Source of the DNA: an uncultured bacterium
GTDB taxonomy: Bacteria > Hydrothermota > UBA3073 > NMUJ01 > CBEVQO01
Direction: 5' to 3'
DNA: 64,000 nt
NCBI GenBank assembly: GCA_965552055.1
Contig: CBEVQO010000001.1
Coordinates: 128,001 to 192,000, forward strand
In this document: positions 30,852-42,486 of the stretch, one piece after another
Position numbering within the stretch: the stretch's first letter is position 1
Layout: every line of letters begins with the position of its first letter
The notes under the pieces: model-generated
The model's database searches: none
The model's input: the letters and a program-made list of their open reading frames with translations, nothing else
What the model was told of the DNA's origin: nothing
Program-made: the position numbers and the translations under genes

Positions 30852-31684
30852 TTTTTTCGGAAAAATGTTTATCTTATCATCAGCCGGGGCATCCTGAGAG
30901 TCCCGAAAGAGTTAGAATTATTTATGAAGTTTTGAAAAAGAAAGGTTTCAAATTTTATGATTGTGATTATTGCAGTGAGGAAGATTTATTACTTTGTCAT
31001 ACTCAATCACTAATTAACAGTGTTAAAAGTGGCGATTTTTATGATGTTGATACTCCGAATTTACCGAATATTTTTGATTATGCGAGGTTGGCTGTTGGAG
31101 GTGCTTTAAAAGCTCTTGAAATCGCTTTTTCAAAAGGAGCTGCTTTTTCGCTTTTGAGACCTCCTGGTCACCACGCTGGAAAAGATTTCTTAGGAGGATT
31201 CTGCTATTTCAACAACATCGCGATTGCTGTGAGGAAATCCGGGAAAAGATGCGCAATAATAGACATCGATTGTCATCACGGAAATGGCACAGAAGATATT
31301 TTTCTTGGAGATAAAAATGTCCTTTATACTTCAATCCACAGGAATGGCTTTTTCTATCCTGGAACAGGAATAGAATCGAGGGAAAATTGCATAAATTATC
31401 CTTTAAGATTTCCATCAGAAGCAGACTGGCTCAGATTTTTCGATGAACTTATTGAAAAAGTGAAAGAATTTAATCCCGATTTCATAGCTGTATCTGCTGG
31501 ATTTGATGCCTATGAAGGTGACCCTATCGGTAACCTTGGATTGAAAGTAGAAACTTACGAAATAATAGGCAAGAAAGTAGGGGAAATTAAAAAGCCTGTT
31601 CTGTGTGTACTTGAAGGAGGATACAGTGAAAAAATTGGTGAGTGTGTTTATAACTTTTTAAGGGGGTTAAAATGTTCCATATAG
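30839..31684 (+). CDS. Zn-dependent histone deacetylase-family amidohydrolase (true start upstream of the ORF-track call)
   Basis: In-frame GHPESPERV upstream of TTG 30932; RPPGHHA, GFCYFNN, DIDCHHGNGT, SAGFDA, LEGGY. Confidence 0.9.
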   Translation: MIPVIFSEKCLSYHQPGHPESPERVRIIYEVLKKKGFKFYDCDYCSEEDLLLCHTQSLINSVKSGDFYDVDTPNLPNIFDYARLAVGGALKALEIAFSKGAAFSLLRPPGHHAGKDFLGGFCYFNNIAIAVRKSGKRCAIIDIDCHHGNGTEDIFLGDKNVLYTSIHRNGFFYPGTGIESRENCINYPLRFPSEADWLRFFDELIEKVKEFNPDFIAVSAGFDAYEGDPIGNLGLKVETYEIIGKKVGEIKKPVLCVLEGGYSEKIGECVYNFLRGLKCSI

Positions 31685-32841
31685 CATCATGGGATGATAT
31701 AAAGAAGGGCAAAACCACGGATATTTATTTTGTGAGGACGGTTGAAATTTTAAACAAAAAAGGGATAAGGAAACGGGTTGTAGCTGAATTTGTGAATAAA
31801 AAATTGCCTCAAAACTGGGAGTGGGGGATTTTTGCAGGACTGGAAGAATGTTTGAAACTCTTAGAAGGATTACCTGTAAATGTAGAGGCTTTACCCGAAG
31901 GTACTGTTTTTTACCCGCTCGAACCTGTGCTTGTTATTGAAGGCATTTACAATGATTTTGCGATTTACGAAACTCCTGTTCTCGGGCTTATCTGTCAGGC
32001 ATCTGGTGTTGCTACAAAAGCCTCTCGTTTCAGGAAGATAGCGGGCAAAGATAAAACTTTGTTAGATTTCGGTGCAAGGAGGATGCATCCTGCTTTGGCT
32101 CCTATGCTTGCACGCAATGCATATATCGGTGGATTCGATGCAGTGTCAGCTATAAAAGGAGCAGAATTGATAGGAGCAGAGCCACAGGGAACGATGCCTC
32201 ATGCACTCATACTTCTACTTGGAAATTCTCAAGAGGCGATAAAAGCATTTGACGAGATAATTGATAAAAAGGTTAAAAGAGTAGCATTAATTGACACTCT
32301 GGAAGATGAAAAATGGGAAGCGATAAAGGTTTGTGAAACTTTAAAAGAAAAATTATTTGGGATAAGATTTGATACACCTGGAAGCAGGCGTGGCAATTTC
32401 AAAGAGATTTTAAGAGAGGTTAGATGGGAACTTGATTACAGGGGATTTAAAGATGTTAAAATTGTTGTGAGCGGTGGGATAGACGAAAAAGAAGTTGCTG
32501 AACTGCGGGATATCGTAGATGCTTTTGGAATAGGAACATCATTATGTAACTCTCCGGTTATAGATTTTGCAATGGATATCGTTGAAATCGAAGGCAAACC
32601 TTTTGCCAAACGCGGTAAATGGTCGGGAAGAAAAAAGTTATTAAAATGTAAAAAATGCGGTAAAAGATTGATTTATCCTTATCATAAAGAAATTAAAAAG
32701 TGTGAATGTGGTGGTGAATTTGAAAATTTATTAAAACCTGTGATTAAAGAAGGGAAAATAATTTGTGATTTGCCTTCTCCGAAAGAAATAAGGGAGTATG
32801 TTTTAAATCAACTTGAAGAAATAAAAATGGAGGGGAGATGA
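31672..32841 (+). CDS. pncB: Nicotinate phosphoribosyltransferase (archaeal/Thermotoga-like, C-terminal Cys ribbon)
   Basis: TDIYF, DFGARR, GTMPHA, GIRFDTP, SGGID, KRGK. Confidence 0.92.
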   Translation: MFHIASWDDIKKGKTTDIYFVRTVEILNKKGIRKRVVAEFVNKKLPQNWEWGIFAGLEECLKLLEGLPVNVEALPEGTVFYPLEPVLVIEGIYNDFAIYETPVLGLICQASGVATKASRFRKIAGKDKTLLDFGARRMHPALAPMLARNAYIGGFDAVSAIKGAELIGAEPQGTMPHALILLLGNSQEAIKAFDEIIDKKVKRVALIDTLEDEKWEAIKVCETLKEKLFGIRFDTPGSRRGNFKEILREVRWELDYRGFKDVKIVVSGGIDEKEVAELRDIVDAFGIGTSLCNSPVIDFAMDIVEIEGKPFAKRGKWSGRKKLLKCKKCGKRLIYPYHKEIKKCECGGEFENLLKPVIKEGKIICDLPSPKEIREYVLNQLEEIKMEGR

Positions 32842-33980
32842 GGTATTATCTGACATCAGAATCTGTAGCAGAGGGTCATCCAGATAAAATCTGTGACCAG
32901 ATATCGGATGCTGTTCTTGATGCTATTCTTGAGAAGGATAAATACGCAAGGGTCGCATGCGAATGCTTTGTCACAAGGGGACTCTGTGTGGTAGCAGGTG
33001 AGATAACAACAGAAAGCTATGTCGATATACCGACAATTGTGAGAGAAGTTTTAAAGGATATAGGTTACACTGACCCTGCTTATGGATTTGATTACAGGAG
33101 TTGTGCGATTCTAACAGCGATTCAAGAGCAGTCACCAGATATTGCACTTGGAGTGGATAAGGGAGGAGCAGGAGACCAGGGAATAATGTATGGATATGCT
33201 GTGAGAGAGACACCAGAATTGATGCCTTTACCCATAACCCTTGCCCATAAACTTGTAAGAAGATTGGCAGAAGTAAGAAAGACAGGTTTGCTCAGTTATT
33301 TGCGCCCAGATGGAAAATCACAGGTTACCGTTGAATATGAAGATGGAAAACCTTTAAGAGTTACGGCGGTTGTTCTCTCTGCACAGCATGACCCAGATGT
33401 TGATATCGAAAAATTGAGAAAAGATTTAAGAGAATATGTAATCGAAGAAGTTATTCCAAAGGATTTACTTTCGAAAGATACAAAATATTATATAAATCCG
33501 ACGGGCAAATTTGTTATAGGAGGTCCGCAGGGAGACACAGGGCTCACAGGCAGGAAAGTTACGATTGACACTTATGGAGGCGTTACCCGTCATGGTGGTG
33601 GTTGCTTCTCTGGAAAAGACCCAACAAAGGTGGACCGTTCTGCAGCATATATGGCACGCTACATTGCAAAAAACATAGTGAAAGCAGGATTAGCAGATAA
33701 ATGCGAGGTGCAACTTGCTTATGCAATCGGTGTCGCAGAACCTGTTGCGGTAAATATTGATACATACGGGACAGGGAAAATACCGGATGAAAAGCTCGCA
33801 AAAATAGTTAGAAAAGTATTTCCATTAACTCCAAGGGGCATAATCGAAGAATTAAAATTGTTACGCCCAATTTACAGAAGAACAGCATGTTATGGACACT
33901 TTGGAAGAGAGGAAGAAGGATTTACTTGGGAATTAACCGATAAAGTCCATACTTTAAAAGAACTGGCAGAAATAGATTAG
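32838..33980 (+). CDS. metK: S-adenosylmethionine synthetase
   Basis: [33 protein letters not shown]. Confidence 0.98.
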   Translation: MRYYLTSESVAEGHPDKICDQISDAVLDAILEKDKYARVACECFVTRGLCVVAGEITTESYVDIPTIVREVLKDIGYTDPAYGFDYRSCAILTAIQEQSPDIALGVDKGGAGDQGIMYGYAVRETPELMPLPITLAHKLVRRLAEVRKTGLLSYLRPDGKSQVTVEYEDGKPLRVTAVVLSAQHDPDVDIEKLRKDLREYVIEEVIPKDLLSKDTKYYINPTGKFVIGGPQGDTGLTGRKVTIDTYGGVTRHGGGCFSGKDPTKVDRSAAYMARYIAKNIVKAGLADKCEVQLAYAIGVAEPVAVNIDTYGTGKIPDEKLAKIVRKVFPLTPRGIIEELKLLRPIYRRTACYGHFGREEEGFTWELTDKVHTLKELAEID

Positions 33981-33988
33981 GAGGGGCT

Positions 33989-35179
33989 ATGAAAACATGG
34001 GATTACATAAAATTAGAGGAAGATTTTGGAGCAAGGAATTATAAACCTTTGCCTGTTGTAATCTCGAAAGCAAAAGGTTGCTGGGTATGGGATGTTGAAG
34101 GAAAAAAATACCTTGATATGCTTAGCGCTTACTCTGCTGTAAATCAGGGGCATCTGCATCCAAAGATTGTGAAAGCAGCAGAAGAGCAGTTGAAAAGAGT
34201 AACCCTTACATCCCGTGCATTCTACAATGATAAATTACCTTTATTCTTAAAGAAAGTTTGCGAAGTTACAGGTATGGAGATGGCTCTTCCTATGAATACA
34301 GGAGCAGAAGCCGTTGAAACTGCTTTAAAGGCTGCAAGAAAATGGGGATACTATGTAAAGGGTGTAAAGAAAAACAGAGCAGAAATTATCGTAGCGCAAA
34401 ATAATTTCCATGGAAGAACTATAACCGTTATTTCTTTCTCTACGGAGGAGCAATACAGGGATGGATTCGGACCTTTTACTCCCGGGTTTGAGATTGTGCC
34501 TTTTGGTGATGCAGAAGCAATTGAAAAGCGTTTCACAGAGAATACAGTTGCTGTAATGCTTGAACCGATTCAGGCAGAAGGCGGTATAATAGTGCCGCCA
34601 GATGGATATTTGAGAGAAGTAAGGGATATTTGCAAGCGCCATAATGCACTTTTTATCCTTGATGAAATACAAACAGGTCTCGGCAGGACAGGGAAGATGT
34701 TTGCATGGGAATGGGATGATGCGAAGCCCGACATGATAATACTCGGTAAATCACTCGGAGGAGGTGTAATACCTGTATCTGTTGTTGCATCTTCAAAAGA
34801 AGTTTTAGGAGTTTTCCGTCCGGGTGACCATGGTTCCACATTTGGAGGAAATCCATTAGCTTCAGCAGTGGGAATCGCATCACTCGATGTAATAATTGAA
34901 GAAAAATTACCGGATAGAGCAAAAGAACTTGGTGAATACTTTATGAATAAACTGAAAGAACTGGAAGGTCATCCGGATATAAAAGAGATAAGAGGAAAGG
35001 GTTTACTCATCGGTATAGAACTTAAAAAGCCTGCAAGAGAATATGCAGAAAAATTGAAAGAAGAAGGGCTACTTTGTAAAGAAACTCACGAATATGTTTT
35101 AAGATTGGCACCTCCTCTTGTAATCAAAAAAGAAGAAATTGATTGGGCATTTGAACGGCTGAAAAAAGTATTTTCATAA
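33989..35179 (+). CDS. rocD: Ornithine--oxo-acid aminotransferase
   Basis: [41 protein letters not shown]. Confidence 0.93.
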   Translation: MKTWDYIKLEEDFGARNYKPLPVVISKAKGCWVWDVEGKKYLDMLSAYSAVNQGHLHPKIVKAAEEQLKRVTLTSRAFYNDKLPLFLKKVCEVTGMEMALPMNTGAEAVETALKAARKWGYYVKGVKKNRAEIIVAQNNFHGRTITVISFSTEEQYRDGFGPFTPGFEIVPFGDAEAIEKRFTENTVAVMLEPIQAEGGIIVPPDGYLREVRDICKRHNALFILDEIQTGLGRTGKMFAWEWDDAKPDMIILGKSLGGGVIPVSVVASSKEVLGVFRPGDHGSTFGGNPLASAVGIASLDVIIEEKLPDRAKELGEYFMNKLKELEGHPDIKEIRGKGLLIGIELKKPAREYAEKLKEEGLLCKETHEYVLRLAPPLVIKKEEIDWAFERLKKVFS

Positions 35180-35878
35180 GAATCTTTTGTAAAACTCGAT
35201 TACTTCTGCAGGACTTCCTATTTTTTTCAAATAACCATCTTTAATTAGCATAACTCTATCGCAATACTTTTTAATTAAGTTGAGATTATGAGAGGCAAAA
35301 ATTATCGTTTTATTTTGTTTTTTTATTTCTTCAATCTTTTGGAAACATTTTTCCTGAAACTCTTCATCACCTACCACAAGCACTTCGTCAACTACAAGTA
35401 CATCAAAATCAGTATGTACTGCAACGGAAAAACCAAGACGAACGAACATTCCCGTAGACAAAAATTTAACAGGCATATCAAGAAACTGTCGCAGACCCGA
35501 AAAGTCTATTATTGAATCTATTTTATTTTTTATCTCACGCTGACTCATACCAAGAATTGTGCCAGATAAAAAGATATTTTCATAAACGGATAAATCTTCG
35601 TGAAAACCAACGCCAATTTCTATGAGATTTGAAACTTTACCCTTTACTATTACTCTACCTTTATCAGGTTTTAAAATTCCGGCAATTAATTTTAAAATTG
35701 TAGTTTTACCTGCTCCATTTGGACCTATTATTCCAAACATTTCTCCCTTATAAACTACAAAGCTAATATCTTTCAATGCCCAGATTATCTCTCCCCTTCC
35801 GAAAATATCACGCAAAGATGAATAAGGTCGCCTCCTGAAACATTCACTTACTTTATCAAAAATTACAACTTCATGCAT
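35174..35878 (-). CDS. wzt: Polysaccharide ABC exporter ATPase (Wzt/TagH-like, no C-terminal CBM)
   Basis: [36 protein letters not shown]. Confidence 0.88.
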   Translation of the reverse strand: MHEVVIFDKVSECFRRRPYSSLRDIFGRGEIIWALKDISFVVYKGEMFGIIGPNGAGKTTILKLIAGILKPDKGRVIVKGKVSNLIEIGVGFHEDLSVYENIFLSGTILGMSQREIKNKIDSIIDFSGLRQFLDMPVKFLSTGMFVRLGFSVAVHTDFDVLVVDEVLVVGDEEFQEKCFQKIEEIKKQNKTIIFASHNLNLIKKYCDRVMLIKDGYLKKIGSPAEVIEFYKRFL

Positions 35879-36653
35879 TTTTAGGTAACAAATGTTCTAA
35901 TTTATGGAAAATACTTAGACCCAAAATGAAAGTAAAAAGCGCCCATAGAATAGCGGTAAAAGTAACATCAAAAGAAGGCAATTTTGAATTTATTAAAATA
36001 GAACGATGAAGAACACAGAGAGAGGATGCGGGATTTAAATAAAGCAAAAATTTAAATTTTTTCCCCCATAAAGATACAGGATAAAATACCGGAGTTAAAA
36101 AAAGCCATACAGTTGATAAAATGTTAAATGCAAAGCCAACATCCCTGAAAAAGAAGTTACCTAAGGATAATAATAAGCCTGCACCTATTGCAAATAAAAA
36201 AAGAAGTAAACCACAAAAAGGGAGGTAGAAAAGATTTAAACCTATCTTGATTTTATGAAATATAAGTAAAAAAATACTTATAACCCAGCCGACAAGCAAA
36301 TAATGGAATTTTGAGAGAACAGAACAGATAGGCAAAACCTCTCGGGGAAAATATACGCTTTTTATCAAAAAGGAATTAATTTTTAAAGATTCTGATGCTG
36401 AATTCAAAGAAGAAATTATAAAAAACCATGGTACAATACCTGATATCGCGAAAACAGGATAAGGTATTCCTTCAACTCCAAATCTTGGAAATCTGCTAAA
36501 AATTATTATGAATACAAAGAGAGTAAAAAGAGGGAGAAAAATAACCCATAAAAATGAAAATATGGCTCCTTTGTATCCTGCCTTTAAATCACGAAGAAAA
36601 ATATACCAGACTAAATCTTTGCGTTGAATTAACTCTTTTAAACTTTCAATCAT
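35871..36653 (-). CDS. wzm: Polysaccharide ABC exporter permease (Wzm)
   Basis: RDLKAGYKG...W, LIKSVYFPRE, FFRDV, TPVFYP, LNP. Confidence 0.88.
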   Translation of the reverse strand: MIESLKELIQRKDLVWYIFLRDLKAGYKGAIFSFLWVIFLPLFTLFVFIIIFSRFPRFGVEGIPYPVFAISGIVPWFFIISSLNSASESLKINSFLIKSVYFPREVLPICSVLSKFHYLLVGWVISIFLLIFHKIKIGLNLFYLPFCGLLLFLFAIGAGLLLSLGNFFFRDVGFAFNILSTVWLFLTPVFYPVSLWGKKFKFLLYLNPASSLCVLHRSILINSKLPSFDVTFTAILWALFTFILGLSIFHKLEHLLPKNA

Positions 36654-36658
36654 CTGTA

Positions 36659-36685
36659 ATTATAATTCCTTTCAATATTTGTCAA
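36659..36685 (-). promoter_or_regulatory. Promoter of wzm-wzt (leaderless geometry)
   Basis: TTGACA(36685-36680)-N15-TATAAT(36664-36659)-5 nt-ATG. Confidence 0.85.
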
Positions 36686-36695
36686 TAATTTTTGC

Positions 36696-36722
36696 TTGAC
36701 ATTTCTGAAGGATAGGTAAAAT
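36696..36722 (+). promoter_or_regulatory. Promoter of recA
   Basis: TTGACA(36696-36701)-N15-TAAAAT(36717-36722), then GGAGG SD. Confidence 0.8.
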
Positions 36723-36739
36723 AAGTAATAGGAGGGAAT

Positions 36740-37765
36740 ATGTCTGATAAAAGTGACAAAAAGAAGATATTGGAGGAAGCCAGGAAGCAAATTGAGAAGC
36801 GTTTTGGCACGGGTGCAATAATTCGTTTTGGAGAAAAAAAGGTGTCAGAGATTTCTCCTGAAGATGTTATTCCTACGGGTGCGCTGTCGCTTGATATCGC
36901 ACTGGGAGTAGGCGGCTATCCCAGAGGCAGAATTATTGAAATATACGGTGCTGAAGCAACAGGCAAAACGACCCTTGTTTTACATGCAATAGCAGAGGTG
37001 CAAAAAAGAGGAGGAACAGCTGTTTTTGTAGATACCGAACATGCTTTCGACCCTTCTTATGCAAAAAGTATAGGAGTAAATGTAGATGAACTTTATCTTT
37101 CACAGCCAGATTATGCTGAACAGGCTCTTGAAATCGCAGAAACCATGATAAGAAGCGGTGCTGTTGATTTGATAGCCGTTGATTCAGTTGCAGCACTCGT
37201 ACCCGAAGCAGAAGTAAAAGGCGAAATGGGAGAGTCACAAATAGGTTTGCAGGCAAGATTAATGTCTCATGCACTGAGAAAATTAACAGGAGCTCTTAAT
37301 AAATCAAGGACATGTGCGATTTTTACAAATCAAATAAGATATAAAATTCAAACATGGGGATATGGAGGTGAGCAAACCACGACACCGGGCGGACTCGCAC
37401 TTAAATTTTATGCTTCTGTAAGAATTGAATTGAAAAGAATAACATCAATAAAAGATACAAAAGAAGATAGAGTTATAGGCAACAGGATAAAAATGAAAAT
37501 CGTCAAAAATAAAGTAGCACCACCTTATAGGGAAGCAGAAGTTGATATAATTTTTGGTGAAGGATTTAATAAAATTGGTGATGTGCTTGACCTTGCAGAA
37601 AAAGAAAAAATAGTTGCAAAATCAGGAGCATGGTATTCCTATGGAACCACAAAATTGGGTCAGGGAAGGGCAAATGCAATTGAATATCTCAAAAAACACC
37701 AGGAAATTTTAAAAGAAATAGAGAATAAATTAAGAGAAAAATACGGTTTACCAAAAATAGAGTGA
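36740..37765 (+). CDS. recA: Recombinase A
   Basis: [40 protein letters not shown]. Confidence 0.99.
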   Translation: MSDKSDKKKILEEARKQIEKRFGTGAIIRFGEKKVSEISPEDVIPTGALSLDIALGVGGYPRGRIIEIYGAEATGKTTLVLHAIAEVQKRGGTAVFVDTEHAFDPSYAKSIGVNVDELYLSQPDYAEQALEIAETMIRSGAVDLIAVDSVAALVPEAEVKGEMGESQIGLQARLMSHALRKLTGALNKSRTCAIFTNQIRYKIQTWGYGGEQTTTPGGLALKFYASVRIELKRITSIKDTKEDRVIGNRIKMKIVKNKVAPPYREAEVDIIFGEGFNKIGDVLDLAEKEKIVAKSGAWYSYGTTKLGQGRANAIEYLKKHQEILKEIENKLREKYGLPKIE

Positions 37766-38496
37766 TAAAACTCCGGGATGTAAAATTTTTAAGAAAAAAT
37801 TTTGAGTTAAAAGTAAATTTTGAGATTAAAAAAGGGGAATTTCTCGGAATAATAGGCCCCAATGGTAGCGGTAAAACGACGCTTTTACTCTTAATGTGTA
37901 ATATTTTGAAGCCAAATGACGGAGAGATTTTTTTATTCGATAAAAGAATAGAAGAATACAGCAGGCTGGAGATAGGCAGGAGAATTGCATTTTTACCACA
38001 GAGGATAGATTTTATATACGATTTTAAAGTGTTTGATACGATACTTATGGGGCGATATCCTCATTCTGTTTATTGTAATAAAAAGGAAGATTTTGAGATT
38101 GCAGAAAAAGCATTGAAAGATTGTGGGATTTATCACTTGAAAGATAGATATTTGAGTGAGTTATCAGGAGGCGAACTCCAGCTTACCCGCATTGCCCGTG
38201 CTTTGGCGCAATCAACCCAGATATTACTGCTGGATGAACCTGCACAAAATCTGGATATAAATCACATAATACAGATATTTGAATTGCTCAAAAAATTAAA
38301 TGAAGAAGGTCTAACCATAATCTGTACTTCCCATGAGATAAATATAACTTTAAACTATTTTAAGAGGATTATTTTACTTGATGAAGGTAAAATAGTTTAT
38401 GATGGTGAACCTTCTTCCGAAGATTTAGCGCGAAATTTGCGAAAAACTTTTAAAATAAAAGATGAATTCTCATGGGTGCTTGGAGTTTTCGCTTGA
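37762..38496 (+). CDS. ABC ATPase, FepC/BtuD-like (no permease or binding protein nearby)
   Basis: [26 protein letters not shown]. Confidence 0.88.
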   Translation: MIKLRDVKFLRKNFELKVNFEIKKGEFLGIIGPNGSGKTTLLLLMCNILKPNDGEIFLFDKRIEEYSRLEIGRRIAFLPQRIDFIYDFKVFDTILMGRYPHSVYCNKKEDFEIAEKALKDCGIYHLKDRYLSELSGGELQLTRIARALAQSTQILLLDEPAQNLDINHIIQIFELLKKLNEEGLTIICTSHEINITLNYFKRIILLDEGKIVYDGEPSSEDLARNLRKTFKIKDEFSWVLGVFA

Positions 38497-38519
38497 CAAA
38501 TTGCTTTTTTCTTTAAATT
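38493..38519 (+). promoter_or_regulatory. Promoter of the R-M pair (leaderless geometry)
   Basis: TTGACA(38493-38498, contains the upstream TGA stop)-N15-TAAATT(38514-38519)-6 nt-ATG 38526. Confidence 0.65.
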
Positions 38520-38525
38520 ATTTTG

Positions 38526-39182
38526 ATGGAAGATTTTAAGAAATTTTTACAAAATATTCCTGACATTTATTCAGCTCAATCTAAATTTTATCCAACTATA
38601 ATACAGGAATTTTTATACTATCTTTTTAAAGATTTACTTGAGGATTTAAACAAAAGGTATAATGAGGATTCGAAGTATGAAATAATGATAGGTGCTGATG
38701 TGGATGCTTATACTAATCTTTATTTTGCTCCGCGCAGTTTTGCTTCCTTCAAGAAAGAAGCCAATGTAAGAATTAATGTCAAAAATCAGGATTTCGCAAT
38801 TTACAGAGAGGCTATTATTTCGGTGGACGAAGAGGAAAGTAAAAAAGTTAAAATACCTGTAGTTTGTATTGAGTGTAAAACATATCTCGATAAAACTATG
38901 TTAGAAGGTTCAATAGCTACCGCTGAAAAAATAAAAAGTGGAAATCCTTATTGCCTTTTTGTAGTATTATGTGAAACTTATGAAGTTACATATAATGTTG
39001 ACCCGGCATATTCAAGAATAGACCAAATTTTTGTGATGAGAAAACAAAAGAGAAGGAGCGTCAATTTAAATGCAATTCAAAATGATGTTATTTTAAAACT
39101 TTTTATTTTCATAAAGGAACATCTCGAAAGAGACTGGTCAGAGGTCGAGCAAAAATTAACGAAAGAAGGCATAATAATATGA
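38526..39182 (+). CDS. Bpu10I-family type II restriction endonuclease (possibly N-terminally short)
   Basis: SAQSKF..IIQEF, NQDFAI, IECKTYLDKTM, KSGNP...LCE; adjacent MTase. Confidence 0.7.
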   Translation: MEDFKKFLQNIPDIYSAQSKFYPTIIQEFLYYLFKDLLEDLNKRYNEDSKYEIMIGADVDAYTNLYFAPRSFASFKKEANVRINVKNQDFAIYREAIISVDEEESKKVKIPVVCIECKTYLDKTMLEGSIATAEKIKSGNPYCLFVVLCETYEVTYNVDPAYSRIDQIFVMRKQKRRSVNLNAIQNDVILKLFIFIKEHLERDWSEVEQKLTKEGIII

Positions 39183-40075
39183 AGGAAGAAAAAATAAAGA
39201 ATAAAGGGATTAAAGAGAAAATTCGCAAGGGAACCAAATTTGAGAAGCGTACCATAAAAGTGGAAGAACCAGAGGAAATTCAAAAGTTTATAAATACAAT
39301 AATATGCGGAGATGCAGAAAGGGTACTAAAAGATATTCCGCCAAATTCCATCGATTTAATAGTAACATCCCCTCCTTATAATTTTGGTCAGCATTATGTG
39401 GGAGACCCCTTTAATGACACTATGGAATGGAATGCTTATTTCGAGAAGTTAATGAGAATCTGGAAAGAATGTTATCGAGTTTTAAAACCCGGTGGTAGAA
39501 TTTGTATAAATGTACAACCTTTATTTTCTGATTATATACCAACTCATCATATTATTTCAAATCAGTTGTTAAAAATAGGTTTTCTATGGAAAGCAGAGAT
39601 TTTGTGGGAAAAAAGTAATTATAATGCAAAATACACAGCATGGGGAAGCTGGAAATCTCCTTCTATGCCGTATCTTAAATACACATGGGAATTCATCGAA
39701 ATATTCGATAAAGAAACGCATAAAAAAGCAGGTGAGCCAGAAAATATTGATATTACTGAAGAAGAATTTAAACAATGGGTTTACGCTAAATGGGAATTCC
39801 CAGGTGAAACAAGGATGAAAAAATTTGGACATCCAGCTATGTTCCCAGAAGAACTACCTAAAAGATTGATAAAATTATTTTCCTATAGAGGCGATATAGT
39901 GCTTGACCCTTTCAATGGTGTGGGTACAACAACTTTAGTAGCATTTCGACTACAGAGAAGATTTATTGGAATCGATATATCCTATGAATATTGTGAAAAA
40001 GCAATTGAAAGAATAAAGAAAGAATTTAATATGTTCTCGACTAATATAAGATTAATAGATTACAGGAATAAATAA
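39179..40075 (+). CDS. Beta-class amino DNA methyltransferase (SPPY, probably m4C)
   Basis: IVTSPPYN precedes HPAMFP and DPFNGVGTT. Confidence 0.93.
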   Translation: MKEEKIKNKGIKEKIRKGTKFEKRTIKVEEPEEIQKFINTIICGDAERVLKDIPPNSIDLIVTSPPYNFGQHYVGDPFNDTMEWNAYFEKLMRIWKECYRVLKPGGRICINVQPLFSDYIPTHHIISNQLLKIGFLWKAEILWEKSNYNAKYTAWGSWKSPSMPYLKYTWEFIEIFDKETHKKAGEPENIDITEEEFKQWVYAKWEFPGETRMKKFGHPAMFPEELPKRLIKLFSYRGDIVLDPFNGVGTTTLVAFRLQRRFIGIDISYEYCEKAIERIKKEFNMFSTNIRLIDYRNK

Positions 40076-40076
40076 C

Positions 40077-42161
40077 TTGGTTGTAAAAGTAGCAGTTGAT
40101 ACAGGTGAATTCGTTTATAAAGTCCCTGACGAATTAAAGGGAATTATAAAAATTGGAAGTGTGGTAAAAGTTAAATTACGAAAAAAAGAAAAAATCGGCT
40201 TTGTAACAGAGATAAATCCAGAATACAAAAAGGGTATTATTTTGAAATATGTGGACGATGTTATAAAGGAATTCATGCCTTTGCCTGAGCGCCTTATAAA
40301 ATTCGCAAAATGGTGCGCAAATTATTATGCAGGTGAAACAGGAAAAATATTGAAATCCGCCATTCCAAAATTGATAAAAGAAAAACTAAATGTATATGTG
40401 AAACTTAAAGAACTTCCCCAAATAGAATCGGAAAAAGAGAAAATCCTCGCAAAATTGCTTTTAACAAGGATATTTGGTGTAAAATTGAAAGAAATAGAAG
40501 GGAAAGATAGGCGGAAAATATCTTCTTTACCAGTTGAATACATTGTAAAAAGAGAATATAAATTGCCAGAAGTTAAATTCAAAACAGAAGAAAAGCCACC
40601 ACAAAAATTAACGAGTTATCAGGAAAAAGCCCTTGAGAAAATTTTACCGCAAATAAAAAAGCACGCTTTTAAAGTTTTTTTGTTACACGGAGTTAACGGC
40701 AGTGGCAAGACCGAAGTTTATATGAGGGTGATTGAAGAAGTTTTGAAAATGGGTAAAACTGCGATTTTACTTACTCCTGAAATCTCTCTAACAACCCAGA
40801 TGCTACAGCGCTTCGAAGCACGCTTTGGCGAAAAAGTAGGAGTATGGCATTCAAGATTGTCCGATAGAGAAAGATTCGACATTTATCACGAAATAGTATC
40901 CGGTAAAAAGAGGATAATAATAGGTGCAAGGAGTGTTATTTTCCTTCCATTAAAAGCTGTAGGTGTTATAATTTGTGATGAAGAACATGATACTTCTTAT
41001 AAGCATGAAGAGAGTCCTCGTTATAACGCAAGGGTATCCGCTGTTATGCGTGCAAGGGCAGAGAAATGCGTTTGCATACTGGGAACAGCAACACCTTCAC
41101 TCGAAACATATCAAAATGCCTTAAAAGGTAAATTTGAATTAATAGAACTACCAGAAAGAGTAGATGGTGCACCATTGCCAGAGATAAAAATAATTGATAT
41201 GAGAAAAGAAGAAAACAAGATAATTTCTGATTATCTACGCGAGAAAATCATAGAAAAAGTTAAAAAAGGCGAAAAAATAATTTTGTTTTTAAATAGAAGA
41301 GGTTATGCAAATTATCTCTTATGTCGTGATTGTGGATATGTGCCGAGATGCCAAAAATGTGACATCTCTTTGACTTTGCATTTAAAAGACAAAGTTTTGC
41401 GATGCCATTATTGTGGATATAGACAGGAACTACCCGACACATGCCCAGAATGTGGGTCAGCAGAATTTATCTATGCAGGTGCTGGAACAGAAAGGGTAGA
41501 GGAAGAGATAAAAAAAATTTTACCAAAAGTAAAACTCGTAAGGATGGATTTGGATACCGTCACTTATAAAGATGCTTACTGGGATAAAATACACGCATTT
41601 GAAAGCGGAGCTCAAATTTTGCTCGGAACTCAAATGGTGGTGCATGGTTTACATTTTCCAAAAGTATCTCTATGTGCGATTATAAATATCGATAATCTTT
41701 TGACATTACCAGATTTCAGGGCTTATGAGCGTGTATTCCAGCTTGTGATGCAAACTGCAGGAAGAGCAGGAAGAGGAGGGATACCTGGTGAAGTGATATT
41801 ACAAACTTTTATGCCAGAACACCCTTTGATGAAATTTATAAGAAATTATGACTATAAAGGATTTTTCAAATGGGAGATAAAAAGAAGAAAAGAATTGAAT
41901 TATCCGCCTTTCACACATTTAATCAGGATAGTGGTTGAAAGAAGGAAGCGTGATTCAGCAAAAGAAGTTTGCGAGAAATTAAAAGAAGAACTTGAAGACA
42001 AAGCAGATGTAATAGGGTATTCTATATGCCCGATTGAGAAGAGGTCAAATCTTTACCGCTATCATCTATTGTTGAGAACAGAAAATCCACTAAAGATAAC
42101 ACCATTTTTAAAAAATTTAAAAGGAGTAAAAATAGATGTAGACCCAATTGATATTATGTAA
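40077..42161 (+). CDS. priA: Primosomal protein N'
   Basis: GVNGSGKTEVY, DEEHD.SYK, NRRGY, four CxxC, GRAGR. Confidence 0.96.
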   Translation: MVVKVAVDTGEFVYKVPDELKGIIKIGSVVKVKLRKKEKIGFVTEINPEYKKGIILKYVDDVIKEFMPLPERLIKFAKWCANYYAGETGKILKSAIPKLIKEKLNVYVKLKELPQIESEKEKILAKLLLTRIFGVKLKEIEGKDRRKISSLPVEYIVKREYKLPEVKFKTEEKPPQKLTSYQEKALEKILPQIKKHAFKVFLLHGVNGSGKTEVYMRVIEEVLKMGKTAILLTPEISLTTQMLQRFEARFGEKVGVWHSRLSDRERFDIYHEIVSGKKRIIIGARSVIFLPLKAVGVIICDEEHDTSYKHEESPRYNARVSAVMRARAEKCVCILGTATPSLETYQNALKGKFELIELPERVDGAPLPEIKIIDMRKEENKIISDYLREKIIEKVKKGEKIILFLNRRGYANYLLCRDCGYVPRCQKCDISLTLHLKDKVLRCHYCGYRQELPDTCPECGSAEFIYAGAGTERVEEEIKKILPKVKLVRMDLDTVTYKDAYWDKIHAFESGAQILLGTQMVVHGLHFPKVSLCAIINIDNLLTLPDFRAYERVFQLVMQTAGRAGRGGIPGEVILQTFMPEHPLMKFIRNYDYKGFFKWEIKRRKELNYPPFTHLIRIVVERRKRDSAKEVCEKLKEELEDKADVIGYSICPIEKRSNLYRYHLLLRTENPLKITPFLKNLKGVKIDVDPIDIM

Positions 42162-42486
42162 TTTACAATTATTAGCCCTTTACCCGTGATAAAATGAGGT
42201 TATCCCTAACCACTTGGGGTGTAGCGAAATGCCTATATGTAACAGGACTTCGAGAACATTAAAAATTTAACACAAAAATTAAAAATTTTTATTACCTTAA
42301 TTGCCTAACACATCTGCGATATAAAGGGTATTGCCACTGCTTCAGCGAGATTGCCAGGCAAATTTGAAATCACATCACATGACACCGCTGAAACAGCTTA
42401 CATAAATGTAGATTCAGATTTTACAGTTAGTTGGTCAACTCCAACCTATACAAATTTTTATTCAATTTATTTTTATAATATCCGAG

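Noticed and set aside
38526..40075. Inferring R-M specificity from site avoidance (CCTNAGG or GCTNAGC)
   Set aside because: Both site types occur several times in the window (e.g. CCTGAGG near 44134 and 51046, GCTGAGC at 46241); avoidance cannot be shown by eye.
42217..42233. GGGTGTAGCGAAATGCC resembles a 16S rRNA segment (GTGTAGCGGTGAAATGC)
   Set aside because: Only a short gapped match in AT-rich flanks; no other rRNA motifs nearby.
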